From Thermococcus sp. (GTDB taxonomy: Archaea > Methanobacteriota_B > Thermococci > Thermococcales > Thermococcaceae), in contig NZ_JAMOQU010000089.1 in the NCBI RefSeq assembly GCF_027063845.1, positions 7,604-71,603 of the forward strand: 64,000 bases of DNA, given 5' to 3'. The notes beneath the pieces were generated by a model. That model saw only the letters and a program-made list of their open reading frames with translations. It did not search any database and was not told where the DNA came from. Below, piece by piece: positions 56,053 to 64,000 of the stretch. A program made the position numbers and the translations under genes. Each line of letters starts with the position of its first letter. The stretch's first letter is position 1.

Positions 56053-56161
56053 CATTTTTCCTTTTTCATAACCCCCAGACGATTCTCAAGAACGATTCAA
56101 AACAACTTGAAACCATAGCAAAGGTTATATTCTCCCGAGACGTAACAACTAACGAGGGCCA

Positions 56162-57508
56162 ATGGCGGGCAAACTGATTGCTTCCGTTGCCGTTTCGGCG
56201 TTGCTCTCATCCCTCGCGTGGATAATCCTCCAGCTCAACCACCTCCTCGGAGTCCTCCTCTTTATTTCCGCAGTTATTGTACCCCCACTGGTTTTCAGGA
56301 ACTACTACAGCAAAAGGCCCCTCCGGCTGGCACCGTTTTTGATAATCTCGCTCATCCTGATGCTCCTCTTAATGCCCCCTCCAGTTACGGGCCCGAACGT
56401 CGAGTTTGGTCTCCACTTTGTCACTGGTTGTTGGGGGAGAGGGGGCAATACCTGGCCACTGAGCGGTGGGGAGCTCGCCTACTCCTGCAACAAACCGATT
56501 GCGTACTCGACGATTCTCGTCAGCGGGGTCGCTTGGAAGTCCTCAGGGGTCAGACTTCCAGTTCTCGGTCGTTATGTAACCCTCCATGAACCACGTGGGA
56601 AGGCTGATAACGCCTATCGCGAGGCCGCAAAACGCGTTGAGTCGGAGGGCTACTTATTGATTGTGGAGAACTACGTAAGCGACTCCGACATCATGAGGGA
56701 TGCCCTCTTCGTTAAGAACAACGAATGCATCTATCTTGCGAAAACGAGGATTCTCGGCGGTGGCCTCGCCGTTATCTCGGCGCGGGGCCCCTGCAGGGGC
56801 GTCAAGGGGTTTGCACTCCGCTGGCACGACGGCTACCTCTGGAACGCCAGCGAGCCGCCAACCTTTGAGGAGTATCGGTTCAACTGGAGTACCGAGGACG
56901 GCCTAAAAGTCGGGAAGTTTCTGTCCTCGGACTGGCCCGACGAGTGGGTTAAGAACACCTACAAAGCCATAGAAATCGAGCTCAAGGGAACCGGATACGC
57001 CAAGCGGATGGAGGGGAAAAGCGGGGACTGCAGGTGGTCTCTCTGGACAATGGGTGAAAAGTCGCACTACGTCTCTCTGAAGGGAAAGGAAATCCTCGTT
57101 ATAAGCGGGGAAACCAGAAAAGTTGAGAACTCCGCGGAGAGGATTTCGCCCTGTGGAATGAAGAACGCCCGCGAAGTCCACGAGCCGACGCCTGAAGAGG
57201 TGCTTAACTCCGTAATTAAGGAGCTCAACGGGAGCCTCGTCCTGAAACCCGCCGGGGAACCTGTCCTCTGGTCCCTCGCTGGAAAAGAGTTTTTGACATC
57301 TGTGGGTGGTAGAAACCTCAGCGTGAACCTTCTCGTGTACGGAATTCGCGGGCAGTGCGACTACGCTCGCTACCTGCTCGATACATCCAACGAAACGACT
57401 TCCATCTGCCTCAAACGCAGAGGATACTTCGTCGCCGTGGCAGTTAAAGGGGAAGCCAAAGAAGTACAATTCGTCTTATCGTCAATAAAGCAACCGAAAA
57501 GAACTTAA
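56162..57508 (+). CDS. polytopic N-terminus plus exported domain, paralog 3 (extended)
   Basis: 3 N-terminal TM. The C-terminal half carries WNASEPPTFEEYRFNW, LKGTGYA, CGMK and VNLLVYGIRGQCDYARYLL blocks. Own TATA AAAGGTTATATTC about 30 nt upstream. Confidence 0.6.
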   Translation: MAGKLIASVAVSALLSSLAWIILQLNHLLGVLLFISAVIVPPLVFRNYYSKRPLRLAPFLIISLILMLLLMPPPVTGPNVEFGLHFVTGCWGRGGNTWPLSGGELAYSCNKPIAYSTILVSGVAWKSSGVRLPVLGRYVTLHEPRGKADNAYREAAKRVESEGYLLIVENYVSDSDIMRDALFVKNNECIYLAKTRILGGGLAVISARGPCRGVKGFALRWHDGYLWNASEPPTFEEYRFNWSTEDGLKVGKFLSSDWPDEWVKNTYKAIEIELKGTGYAKRMEGKSGDCRWSLWTMGEKSHYVSLKGKEILVISGETRKVENSAERISPCGMKNAREVHEPTPEEVLNSVIKELNGSLVLKPAGEPVLWSLAGKEFLTSVGGRNLSVNLLVYGIRGQCDYARYLLDTSNETTSICLKRRGYFVAVAVKGEAKEVQFVLSSIKQPKRT

Positions 57509-57553
57509 GGAAATGCAGTTTCTTTACCTCGATGCGCCATGATGGTCAGGAGT

Positions 57554-57649
57554 GATTGTTTTTGGCTTTGAAGGTCGCTTCTTGAGCCCTGACATAGCCG
57601 TTAGGCGGGATTGTTTTTGGCGCTGAGCTGAGGAGGGATTGCTTTTGGC
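57554..57649 (+). repeat. three direct copies of GATTG(T/C)TTTTGGC
   Basis: Copies at 57554-57566, 57609-57621 and 57637-57649 (spacing 55 and 28 nt) in the intergenic region upstream of trpB2. Confidence 0.6.
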
Positions 57650-57750
57650 CTCGCCGTTCTGCCACTTAAACGCTCCGGTTTAGTTCTCACGCTCTTATTC
57701 CCTCACCCTTTGGGACTTCTCAAAACCCCAAAACCGGCGGAGGTGGTAGA

Positions 57751-59073
57751 ATGAAAGCCGTTCTGCCCGATTCAAAGATACCCAAGAGGTGGTACAACAT
57801 ACTGCCCGACCTCCCGGAGCCCTTGGCTCCACCCCTTGACCCGGAGACCGACGAGCCGATAAGGCCGGAGAAGCTGGTGAGGATTTTCGCAGAGGAGCTC
57901 GTAAAGCAAGAGATGAGCACGGAAAGGTACATCGAGATTCCAAAGAAGGTTCGTGAACTCTACGCCAAGATAGGCCGTCCGACGCCACTTTTCCGCGCCA
58001 CAAATCTCGAAAAGGCCCTTGGCACGCCCGCTAAAATTTACTTCAAGTACGAGGGGGCAACGGTAACGGGAAGCCACAAGATAAACACCGCCCTGGCCCA
58101 GGCCTACTACGCGAAGGAACAGGGGATAGAGAGGCTCGTTACCGAGACTGGGGCGGGACAGTGGGGAACGGCTTTGAGCTTAGCGGGTGCTCTGCTCGGC
58201 CTTAAAATCAGGGTCTACATGGCGCGCGCGAGCTACCAGCAGAAGCCCTACAGGAAGACGATAATGCACCTCTACGGTGCTGAAATCTACCCCAGTCCGA
58301 GCGACAGAACGGAGATAGGCCGGAAGTTCCTGAGCGAGAACCCCAACCACCCTGGAGGGCTGGGAATAGCGATAAGCGAGGCGATTGAAGACGTTTTAAA
58401 GGACGAAAAAGCCCGCTACGCCCTCGGAAGCGTCCTCAATCATGTGCTCATGCACCAGACCGTTATAGGCCTCGAAGCCCAGGAGCAGATGAAAGAATTT
58501 GAGAAGCCGGACGTTATAGTCGGGTGCGTCGGAGGTGGAAGCAACTTCGCGGGATTAGCATACCCGTTCGTGAGGGACGTTCTGAGCGGAAAGGCCGACT
58601 ACGAGTTCATAGCGGTCGAGCCCAAAGCCGCCCCGAGCATGACGCGCGGGGTTTACAAGTACGACTTCGGTGACTCCGGCGGTTACACCCCAAAGATGAA
58701 GATGCACACACTCGGCCACACCTACTACGTCCCACCGATTCACGCTGGAGGGCTTCGCTACCACGGTTTAGCTCCAACTCTGAGTGTCCTGATAAATCAT
58801 GGCATCGTCAAGCCAGTCGCTTACCACCAGACCGAGGTCTTCCAAGCTGCCGAGCTCTTCGCGAAGACTGAGGGTATAATTCCAGCCCCGGAGAGCGCCC
58901 ACGCGATAAAGGGCGTAATAGACAGGGCGTTGAAAGCGAAGGAAGAAGGAAGGGAGGAGGTCATACTCTTCAACCTGAGCGGTCACGGCCTGCTCGACCT
59001 GAAAGGCTATGAGGACTACCTGGACGGAAAGCTCGAGGACTACGAGCCCGACTACTTCCCGGCCCTCGGCTGA
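57751..59073 (+). CDS. trpB2: tryptophan synthase beta chain-like protein, TrpB2 type
   Basis: 440 aa with the N-terminal extension typical of TrpB2. PLP lysine in [17 protein letters not shown] motif. Confidence 0.9.
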   Translation: MKAVLPDSKIPKRWYNILPDLPEPLAPPLDPETDEPIRPEKLVRIFAEELVKQEMSTERYIEIPKKVRELYAKIGRPTPLFRATNLEKALGTPAKIYFKYEGATVTGSHKINTALAQAYYAKEQGIERLVTETGAGQWGTALSLAGALLGLKIRVYMARASYQQKPYRKTIMHLYGAEIYPSPSDRTEIGRKFLSENPNHPGGLGIAISEAIEDVLKDEKARYALGSVLNHVLMHQTVIGLEAQEQMKEFEKPDVIVGCVGGGSNFAGLAYPFVRDVLSGKADYEFIAVEPKAAPSMTRGVYKYDFGDSGGYTPKMKMHTLGHTYYVPPIHAGGLRYHGLAPTLSVLINHGIVKPVAYHQTEVFQAAELFAKTEGIIPAPESAHAIKGVIDRALKAKEEGREEVILFNLSGHGLLDLKGYEDYLDGKLEDYEPDYFPALG

Positions 59074-59085
59074 ACCTTTCTTTTT

Positions 59086-60090
59086 TTAAATGTGGCCAAG
59101 CCTTTTCGCGAGCTCAGCGTTGAGGACTGAACCTCCAGCCGCGCCGCGGACGAGGTTGTGGCCTGTAACTACGTACTTGAATGCTGAGCCGCTCTCCTCA
59201 AGCCTTCCAACCGTAACAGTCAGCCCCCTTCCCCTGTCCCTGTGGAGCCTCGGCTGGGGAACGTCTGTGTAAACGAGGGGCCTCTCGTAGCTCGGCAGGT
59301 CGAGCTTTCTCAGCGGGTCGAAGGAGCGAAAGGCTTCCCTTATATCCTCCACGCTCCCGCGCTCGAGCTCAATGAATACCGCCTCCGTGTGCCCGTGAAG
59401 AACCGGAACGCGCGTGGCTATGGCAGAGACCTCGAAGGACGCCGGCTTTATCCTGTCCCCCTCCAAGCTCCCGAGGATTTTCCTGCTCTCGTTCTCAATC
59501 TTCCATTCCTCACCTTCGATGAGCGGAATCACGTTGTCCTGGATGGTAAATGCTGAAAGGCCCGAGAAGCCGGCTCCGCTTATGGCCTGCATCGTGGCCA
59601 CATGAATTCGTCTAATCCCGAACTCCCTCAGGGGGGCGAGGGAAACCGTCAAAATCGCGGTGGAGCAGTTCGGATTTGTCACTATGAAGCCGTCCCAGCC
59701 CCTTTTTTCGCGTTGAACCTCGATGAGCTTCATGTGCTCCGGATTAACCTCGGGGACGAGTATGGGCACGTCATCGTCGTAGCGGTGAGACCTGGCGTTG
59801 GTGAAGACCGGGATTTGCTCGGCGAGCTTTTCCTCGACTTCTCGCGAGATTGAAGCAGGGAGGGCGTTGAAGGCAATGTCAACGTTGGGCTCACTGAGAA
59901 ACTCGCCGAGCGAGACGACTTCAATATCCTTAAACTCCTCAGGCGCGTCCTCGACGAGCTCGCCGTAACGCCTCCCTGCTGAGCGCTCGGAGGCGACGAG
60001 GGCTTCAATTTTGAACCACGGATGGCCTTGGAGGAGCCTCACGAATGTTCTCCCGACGAGGCCAGTTGCACCGAGAACGGCGGCCCTCAT
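59086..60090 (-). CDS. asd: aspartate-semialdehyde dehydrogenase
   Basis: MRAAVLGATGLVGRTF and the active-site NPNCST. Confidence 0.93.
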   Translation of the reverse strand: MRAAVLGATGLVGRTFVRLLQGHPWFKIEALVASERSAGRRYGELVEDAPEEFKDIEVVSLGEFLSEPNVDIAFNALPASISREVEEKLAEQIPVFTNARSHRYDDDVPILVPEVNPEHMKLIEVQREKRGWDGFIVTNPNCSTAILTVSLAPLREFGIRRIHVATMQAISGAGFSGLSAFTIQDNVIPLIEGEEWKIENESRKILGSLEGDRIKPASFEVSAIATRVPVLHGHTEAVFIELERGSVEDIREAFRSFDPLRKLDLPSYERPLVYTDVPQPRLHRDRGRGLTVTVGRLEESGSAFKYVVTGHNLVRGAAGGSVLNAELAKRLGHI

Positions 60091-61265
60091 TTCATCACCT
60101 CCCTGAAGGCTTCGAGCGTCGGCTCTATTGGCTCGGGAAGGGTGAAGCGGTTTACGACGACGTTCGGGTCCTTGAGCCCGTGCCCCGTCGTCACGAGGAC
60201 GTAGCTTTCGCCCCTGTCAAGCTCCCCGCTTTCGAGGAGCTTCATGAGGCCCGCCAGGGGAGCCGCGGAGGCGGGCTCGACGAAGAGACCTTCCTTACTA
60301 GCCAGCAGTTCCTGGGCCCTCAGTATTTCCTCGTCGCTAACGCTCTCGAAGAGGCCACCAGATTCCTCAACCGCGCGCCAGGCCTTGGGCCAGTTGGCGG
60401 GGTTGCCTATCCTTATGGCGGTGGCAACCGTCTCGGGGTTCTCAACGGGCTCGAACGGCTTTTTGGCCTTCCAGGCCCTCGCGAGCGGTGCCGCGCCCTC
60501 GGCCTGTATCCCTATCATGCGGGGGAGCTCATCGGTTATCCCCTTCTCGTAGAGCTCCTTGAAGCCCTTCCATATCGCCGAGATGTTTCCCGCGTTTCCA
60601 ACCGGAAGGACGACGTTGTCCGGCACGAAGCCGAGCTGGTCGTAGATTTCGAGCGCTATCGTCTTCTGACCCTCGAGGCGGAATGGATTTATCGAGTTGA
60701 GCATGTAGATGCCGAGCTTTGCGCTTGCCTCAACGACGACCCTGAGGGCGTCGTCAAAGTTGCCCTTAACTGGAACGACCCTCGCCCCGTAGATTATCGC
60801 CTGGGCGAGCTTTCCGAGGGCTATCTTACCGCTCGGCACCAAGACGTAGGCCTTTATTCCCGCTCTGGCCGCGTAGGCCGCGAGGGAAGCCGAGGTGTTG
60901 CCCGTTGAAGCGCATATCACCTTGTCCATGCCGAGTTCGAGGGCCTTGGATACTCCAACCGTCATGCCCCTGTCCTTGAAGGAGCCGGTTGGGTTGGCTC
61001 CCTCGTTCTTGGCGTAGAGCTCAACGCCGAGTTCCCTCTCGAGGTTGCTGAGCCTGTAGAGGGGCGTTCCACCCTCGTTCAGCGAAACTCTCTTCCTCAC
61101 GGGAAGCCAGCTCTCGTACTTCCACAGCGTCACGTTCTTTCCATCGAAAACGTCCTCGGCCCTCTCAAGGTCCGTAACGACCTCAAGCAGGCCACCGCAG
61201 TCGCATCTATAGCGGAGCTCGTTTTCGTCGTATTCCCTACCGCATTCGATACACCTCAAAACCAT
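60087..61265 (-). CDS. thrC: threonine synthase
   Basis: N-terminal Cys-rich ribbon (CIECG...CDCGG). PLP lysine in TGSFKDRG. Confidence 0.93.
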   Translation of the reverse strand: MVLRCIECGREYDENELRYRCDCGGLLEVVTDLERAEDVFDGKNVTLWKYESWLPVRKRVSLNEGGTPLYRLSNLERELGVELYAKNEGANPTGSFKDRGMTVGVSKALELGMDKVICASTGNTSASLAAYAARAGIKAYVLVPSGKIALGKLAQAIIYGARVVPVKGNFDDALRVVVEASAKLGIYMLNSINPFRLEGQKTIALEIYDQLGFVPDNVVLPVGNAGNISAIWKGFKELYEKGITDELPRMIGIQAEGAAPLARAWKAKKPFEPVENPETVATAIRIGNPANWPKAWRAVEESGGLFESVSDEEILRAQELLASKEGLFVEPASAAPLAGLMKLLESGELDRGESYVLVTTGHGLKDPNVVVNRFTLPEPIEPTLEAFREVMK

Positions 61266-62134
61266 ACGGCACCCCTTCCGGCTTTTGTGACGTAGACATC
61301 AACCTCGATTCCGAACTCCTCGAAGGCCTCCGCAACGGCCTTCCCTATTTGAGCCACGTCCCCACCCACCGCAAACACGGCCGGACCCGAGCCGGAAACC
61401 GAAAAGCCGTAAGCGCCCGCCTCAAGGGCGGCCTTTCTTGCCCTATCGTACCAGGGCATGAGCCTCCTCCTGTATGGCAGGGCTATTCTGTCGTCGAGGA
61501 GCCTTCCGACTGCCTTAAGGTCGTTTTCCTTCAGCGCGAGAACCAGGGAAGAGGCGAGCGCGATGTTTCTGATGGCGTCTTTCAGCGGTATCTTTGGCGG
61601 GAGGACGCGCCTCGCCTCGCTCGTTGGAATCTCGACGGCTGGTAAAACGGCAACAACCTCAAAGTCCACCGGGATCCTCTGGACCCTCAGGGGCTCGTAG
61701 GACTCTATGATAGTGAAGTCTCCGTAGTAGGCCGGAACAACGTTGTCGCCGTGAGCACTGCCGGAAGCGGCCCTCTCGCCCTCCATCGCGGCCCGGAGTA
61801 TTAGCCTCTCATCCTCAACTCCGAGAACCCTAGCCATTGCGAGCGCCCCCGCGAGGGATGAAGCGCCCGAACTGCCGAGCCCGCTCCTCGGCCTTATCCC
61901 CTTCTTCAGCTCCATTTTGAGTGCAATATTTTCACCAACCATCTCGGCGAGAGCTCTGGCCGCAACGACCGCCGTGTTTCGCACATCGGCTGGCACGTCG
62001 TGCCCCTTCACGCGTATCTCCCACTCGCTCGATTCCCTGAAGGACAGCTCGTCGTAGGGCTCGCCTATGCCTACGCCGAAGACGTCAAACCCGGGCCCAA
62101 AGTTTGCTATGGTAGCGTGAACGCGAACCTTCAT
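61256..62134 (-). CDS. thrB: homoserine kinase
   Basis: ANFGPGFDVFG and the GHMP motif PRSGLGSSGAS. Confidence 0.93.
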   Translation of the reverse strand: MKVRVHATIANFGPGFDVFGVGIGEPYDELSFRESSEWEIRVKGHDVPADVRNTAVVAARALAEMVGENIALKMELKKGIRPRSGLGSSGASSLAGALAMARVLGVEDERLILRAAMEGERAASGSAHGDNVVPAYYGDFTIIESYEPLRVQRIPVDFEVVAVLPAVEIPTSEARRVLPPKIPLKDAIRNIALASSLVLALKENDLKAVGRLLDDRIALPYRRRLMPWYDRARKAALEAGAYGFSVSGSGPAVFAVGGDVAQIGKAVAEAFEEFGIEVDVYVTKAGRGAVWF

Positions 62135-63140
62135 CGAAGACCACCCCGTGTATCTCCCTCAAAGCCGGCACGAGCTCCTCCCTCTCGACCGTTATTGAGA
62201 AGTATCCGTTCCCCTTCACTCCCTTCCAGTCGGGGAGCTCTTCAACACCTACAATTGATATCCTCGCCCTCTCTCCCTCGACCCGGTGGACAATTATCGG
62301 CCAGTCGTCGCCGAAGTCTGACACAAGGGTTCCAAGGCGCCAGTCCTCGGTTCTGCCGAGTATCAGCGGAATACTTCCGAGGGGTTCGATGGTTCTTGGG
62401 TGGAGTGCCTTCATCCCGAGCTTCGCCGCCAAAAGGGCCCTCTCGCGCGAGAGGAAGTGTATCAGCCTGGCTTCCGGAACGAGCCTCGGGTCGGCGGTGT
62501 ATATCCCCTTCACGTCGCTCATTATGAGAACGCCCTTCGCATCGAGCATCGCCCCCAAAGCCGAGGCTGTGTAATCGCTACCGCCCCTGCCGAGGGTTGC
62601 CGTTTTTCCGTTGAGGTTTCCTATGAAGCCTGTAACTACTGGAACCGCTTTTTCTGCCAGCTCTCCGAGTTTCCGAACGCGGGGCAGGCTGGCTGAAAAG
62701 TCTATTTCCGCGTTCCCAAAGCTCCCGCGAAGGGTTAGGATTTCCCTCGCGTCCACGGGAATCGCCGGGATTCCTTCGTTTTCAAGAGCTTTTGCGAACA
62801 GCACTGCGGAGAGCCTCTCCCCGAAGGAGAGGATGTAGTCCCTCCACTCAGGGTCGTAACGGCGCCTTGCAACGGCTTTTTCGAGCTCGCTGAGAAGGGG
62901 CTCTATATCCGCACCGAGCCTGTTCGCTATCTTGTAGTGCTCGAGTGCTATGCTCTCAAAGGTTCTCCAGTCTGGCCACTCCGAGAGCTTCACAAGCTTC
63001 TCCGTGACACCCCTGAGGGCAGAAACGACGACAACTACCCTGCTTCCCTCGAGGAGGTAGTCAACTAACTTCAGTGCGCTCCAGAACGAGCCCTTCACCG
63101 AGCTTCCTCCGAACTTGACGACGGAGAGTTTCTCGACCAC
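62085..63140 (-). CDS. aspartate kinase (short form, single ACT-like tail)
   Basis: VVKFGGSSV and TLGRGGSDYTASALGA motifs. GTG 63140 lies about 35 nt downstream of TATA TTCATTAAAAGG. The 3' end overlaps thrB by 50 nt. Confidence 0.8.
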   Translation of the reverse strand: MVEKLSVVKFGGSSVKGSFWSALKLVDYLLEGSRVVVVVSALRGVTEKLVKLSEWPDWRTFESIALEHYKIANRLGADIEPLLSELEKAVARRRYDPEWRDYILSFGERLSAVLFAKALENEGIPAIPVDAREILTLRGSFGNAEIDFSASLPRVRKLGELAEKAVPVVTGFIGNLNGKTATLGRGGSDYTASALGAMLDAKGVLIMSDVKGIYTADPRLVPEARLIHFLSRERALLAAKLGMKALHPRTIEPLGSIPLILGRTEDWRLGTLVSDFGDDWPIIVHRVEGERARISIVGVEELPDWKGVKGNGYFSITVEREELVPALREIHGVVFDEGSRSRYHSKLWARV

Positions 63141-63260
63141 CGATGGTTGACCACCCGCTTTAGCGCACCTTTTAATGAATATAAACCTTTCGAAAGAAGG
63201 CCCATCTAAGTGACAAAATTTCGCTGAAAATCCCAATAGATTTAGAAATTTGGAAAAATA

Positions 63261-64000
63261 TTATATCACCACTTGAACAGTTGACAGGGCCCTTGAGAAC
63301 ATTATCCTTCTTCCTATGACCTCCCAGTGAATCGCGTTCAAAGCGCTCCCGAGACGGGAAAGCGGAACGCGAACTGACACCCAAGGAATTCCCTTTTCCT
63401 CGTGCCTCTCGAAGGGAAAGCTCCCGAGCGAGTCAACTCCCACAACGCTGACTATTCCATCGCTTCCCTCGACACGGTAAGTCACTATGGGTATCCCGGA
63501 GCTCTCATAACCAACGACCGTGCCGATGTGCCAGTCTCTCGTCCTGCCGAGGTGTATTGGCCCCGCCACTTCAGCCGCCTTGGGATGTAGCACCTTCATT
63601 CCGAGCCTCGCGGCCACGTAGGCCTCCCCAAAGGAAACAAAAGGTATGAGCCTCGCCCCTAATACTTTCCTTGGGTCCGCGGTGTAAATCCCCTCAACAT
63701 CACTCATTATGATGACACCGCTCGCCCCGATTAGACTTCCGAGGGCCGAGGCCGTGTAATCGCTACCACCCCTGCCGAGGGTCGTTCTGAAACCGCTGTA
63801 ACCGCCAACGAAGCCAGGAACTACCGGCACAAGGCCTTCCTCAAGGGCTTCCTCGACCGGCTTCACGGTTTTCCTGCTCGCCCTGAGGTCTATTTCCGCG
63901 TTACCGAAACGCCCGTCCGTCATCAGGATTTCCCACGGCTCGAAAAGCACGGCTGGAATGCCCCTCCTCCTCAGGGCCTCGGTGAATATTATCCCTGAGA
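63261..64000 (-). CDS. second aspartate kinase paralog (5' end outside the window)
   Basis: The frame is open to the window edge. TLGRGGSDYTASALGS, IIMSDVEGIYTADPR and LHPKA align residue-for-residue with the downstream kinase. Confidence 0.75.
   Translation of the reverse strand, partial: SGIIFTEALRRRGIPAVLFEPWEILMTDGRFGNAEIDLRASRKTVKPVEEALEEGLVPVVPGFVGGYSGFRTTLGRGGSDYTASALGSLIGASGVIIMSDVEGIYTADPRKVLGARLIPFVSFGEAYVAARLGMKVLHPKAAEVAGPIHLGRTRDWHIGTVVGYESSGIPIVTYRVEGSDGIVSVVGVDSLGSFPFERHEEKGIPWVSVRVPLSRLGSALNAIHWEVIGRRIMFSRALSTVQVVI

Noticed and set aside
57551-57660. Possible miniature CRISPR array (28-nt phased repeats).
   Set aside because: Only a 13-nt core is conserved and the spacing is irregular. 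There is no leader and there are no cas genes, and the repeat is unlike the roughly 30-nt Thermococcales CRISPR repeats I remember. No CRISPR array is present anywhere in the window.

Overview
This window looks like a chromosomal segment of a hyperthermophilic euryarchaeon of the Thermococcales, most likely a Thermococcus species. The evidence is gene content, GGTG/GGAGG Shine-Dalgarno sites, BRE/TATA promoters, CCA-encoded tRNAs and an archaeal histone. From memory, the gene order resembles the T. kodakarensis region that contains Pck, MalP, FttA, GDH and the GH57 branching enzyme.

Most of the window is densely packed core metabolism and information processing:
- Metabolism: glycine-cleavage P protein (gcvPA/PB), alpha-glucan phosphorylase, GTP-PEP carboxykinase, a sugar nucleotidyltransferase, thymidylate kinase, ribose-5-P isomerase, glutamate dehydrogenase, the GH57 branching enzyme, TrpB2, and a threonine/aspartate-pathway operon (asd-thrC-thrB plus two tandem aspartate kinases).
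- Transport: a TAXI-TRAP transporter operon and an NSS transporter.
- Information processing: FtsZ, the SecE-Spt5-L11 / L1-P0-P1 ribosomal cluster, dCTP deaminase, a histone, a radical-SAM protein, a Toprim protein, DnaG, GluRS, aCPSF1/FttA, proteasome beta, an NFACT protein and NikR.
- Eight tRNA genes.

The least explained signal is a family of AT-rich units of about 270-300 bp, studded with GC-rich hairpins. About eight copies (about 2.2 kb in total) occur in four blocks. Every block starts exactly at the 3' end of a tRNA gene (Thr-GGU, Arg-UCG, Met-CAU, Pro-UGG, Leu-CAA) and runs in the tRNA's transcriptional orientation.

Other points worth a second look:
- NikR is divergent from an operon of three tandem paralogous exported proteins of unknown function.
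- An unlisted 35-codon membrane ORF sits behind the NSS transporter.
- A secreted-protein gene is frameshifted.
- A zinc phospholipase-C-like exoprotein is present.
- A KaiC-like protein lacks a Walker A motif.
- Tgr/TGM-type operators lie at the alpha-glucan gene promoters.

All calls rest on reading the sequence and on motif recall. No searches were run. Start codons were adjusted by eye using Shine-Dalgarno spacing.
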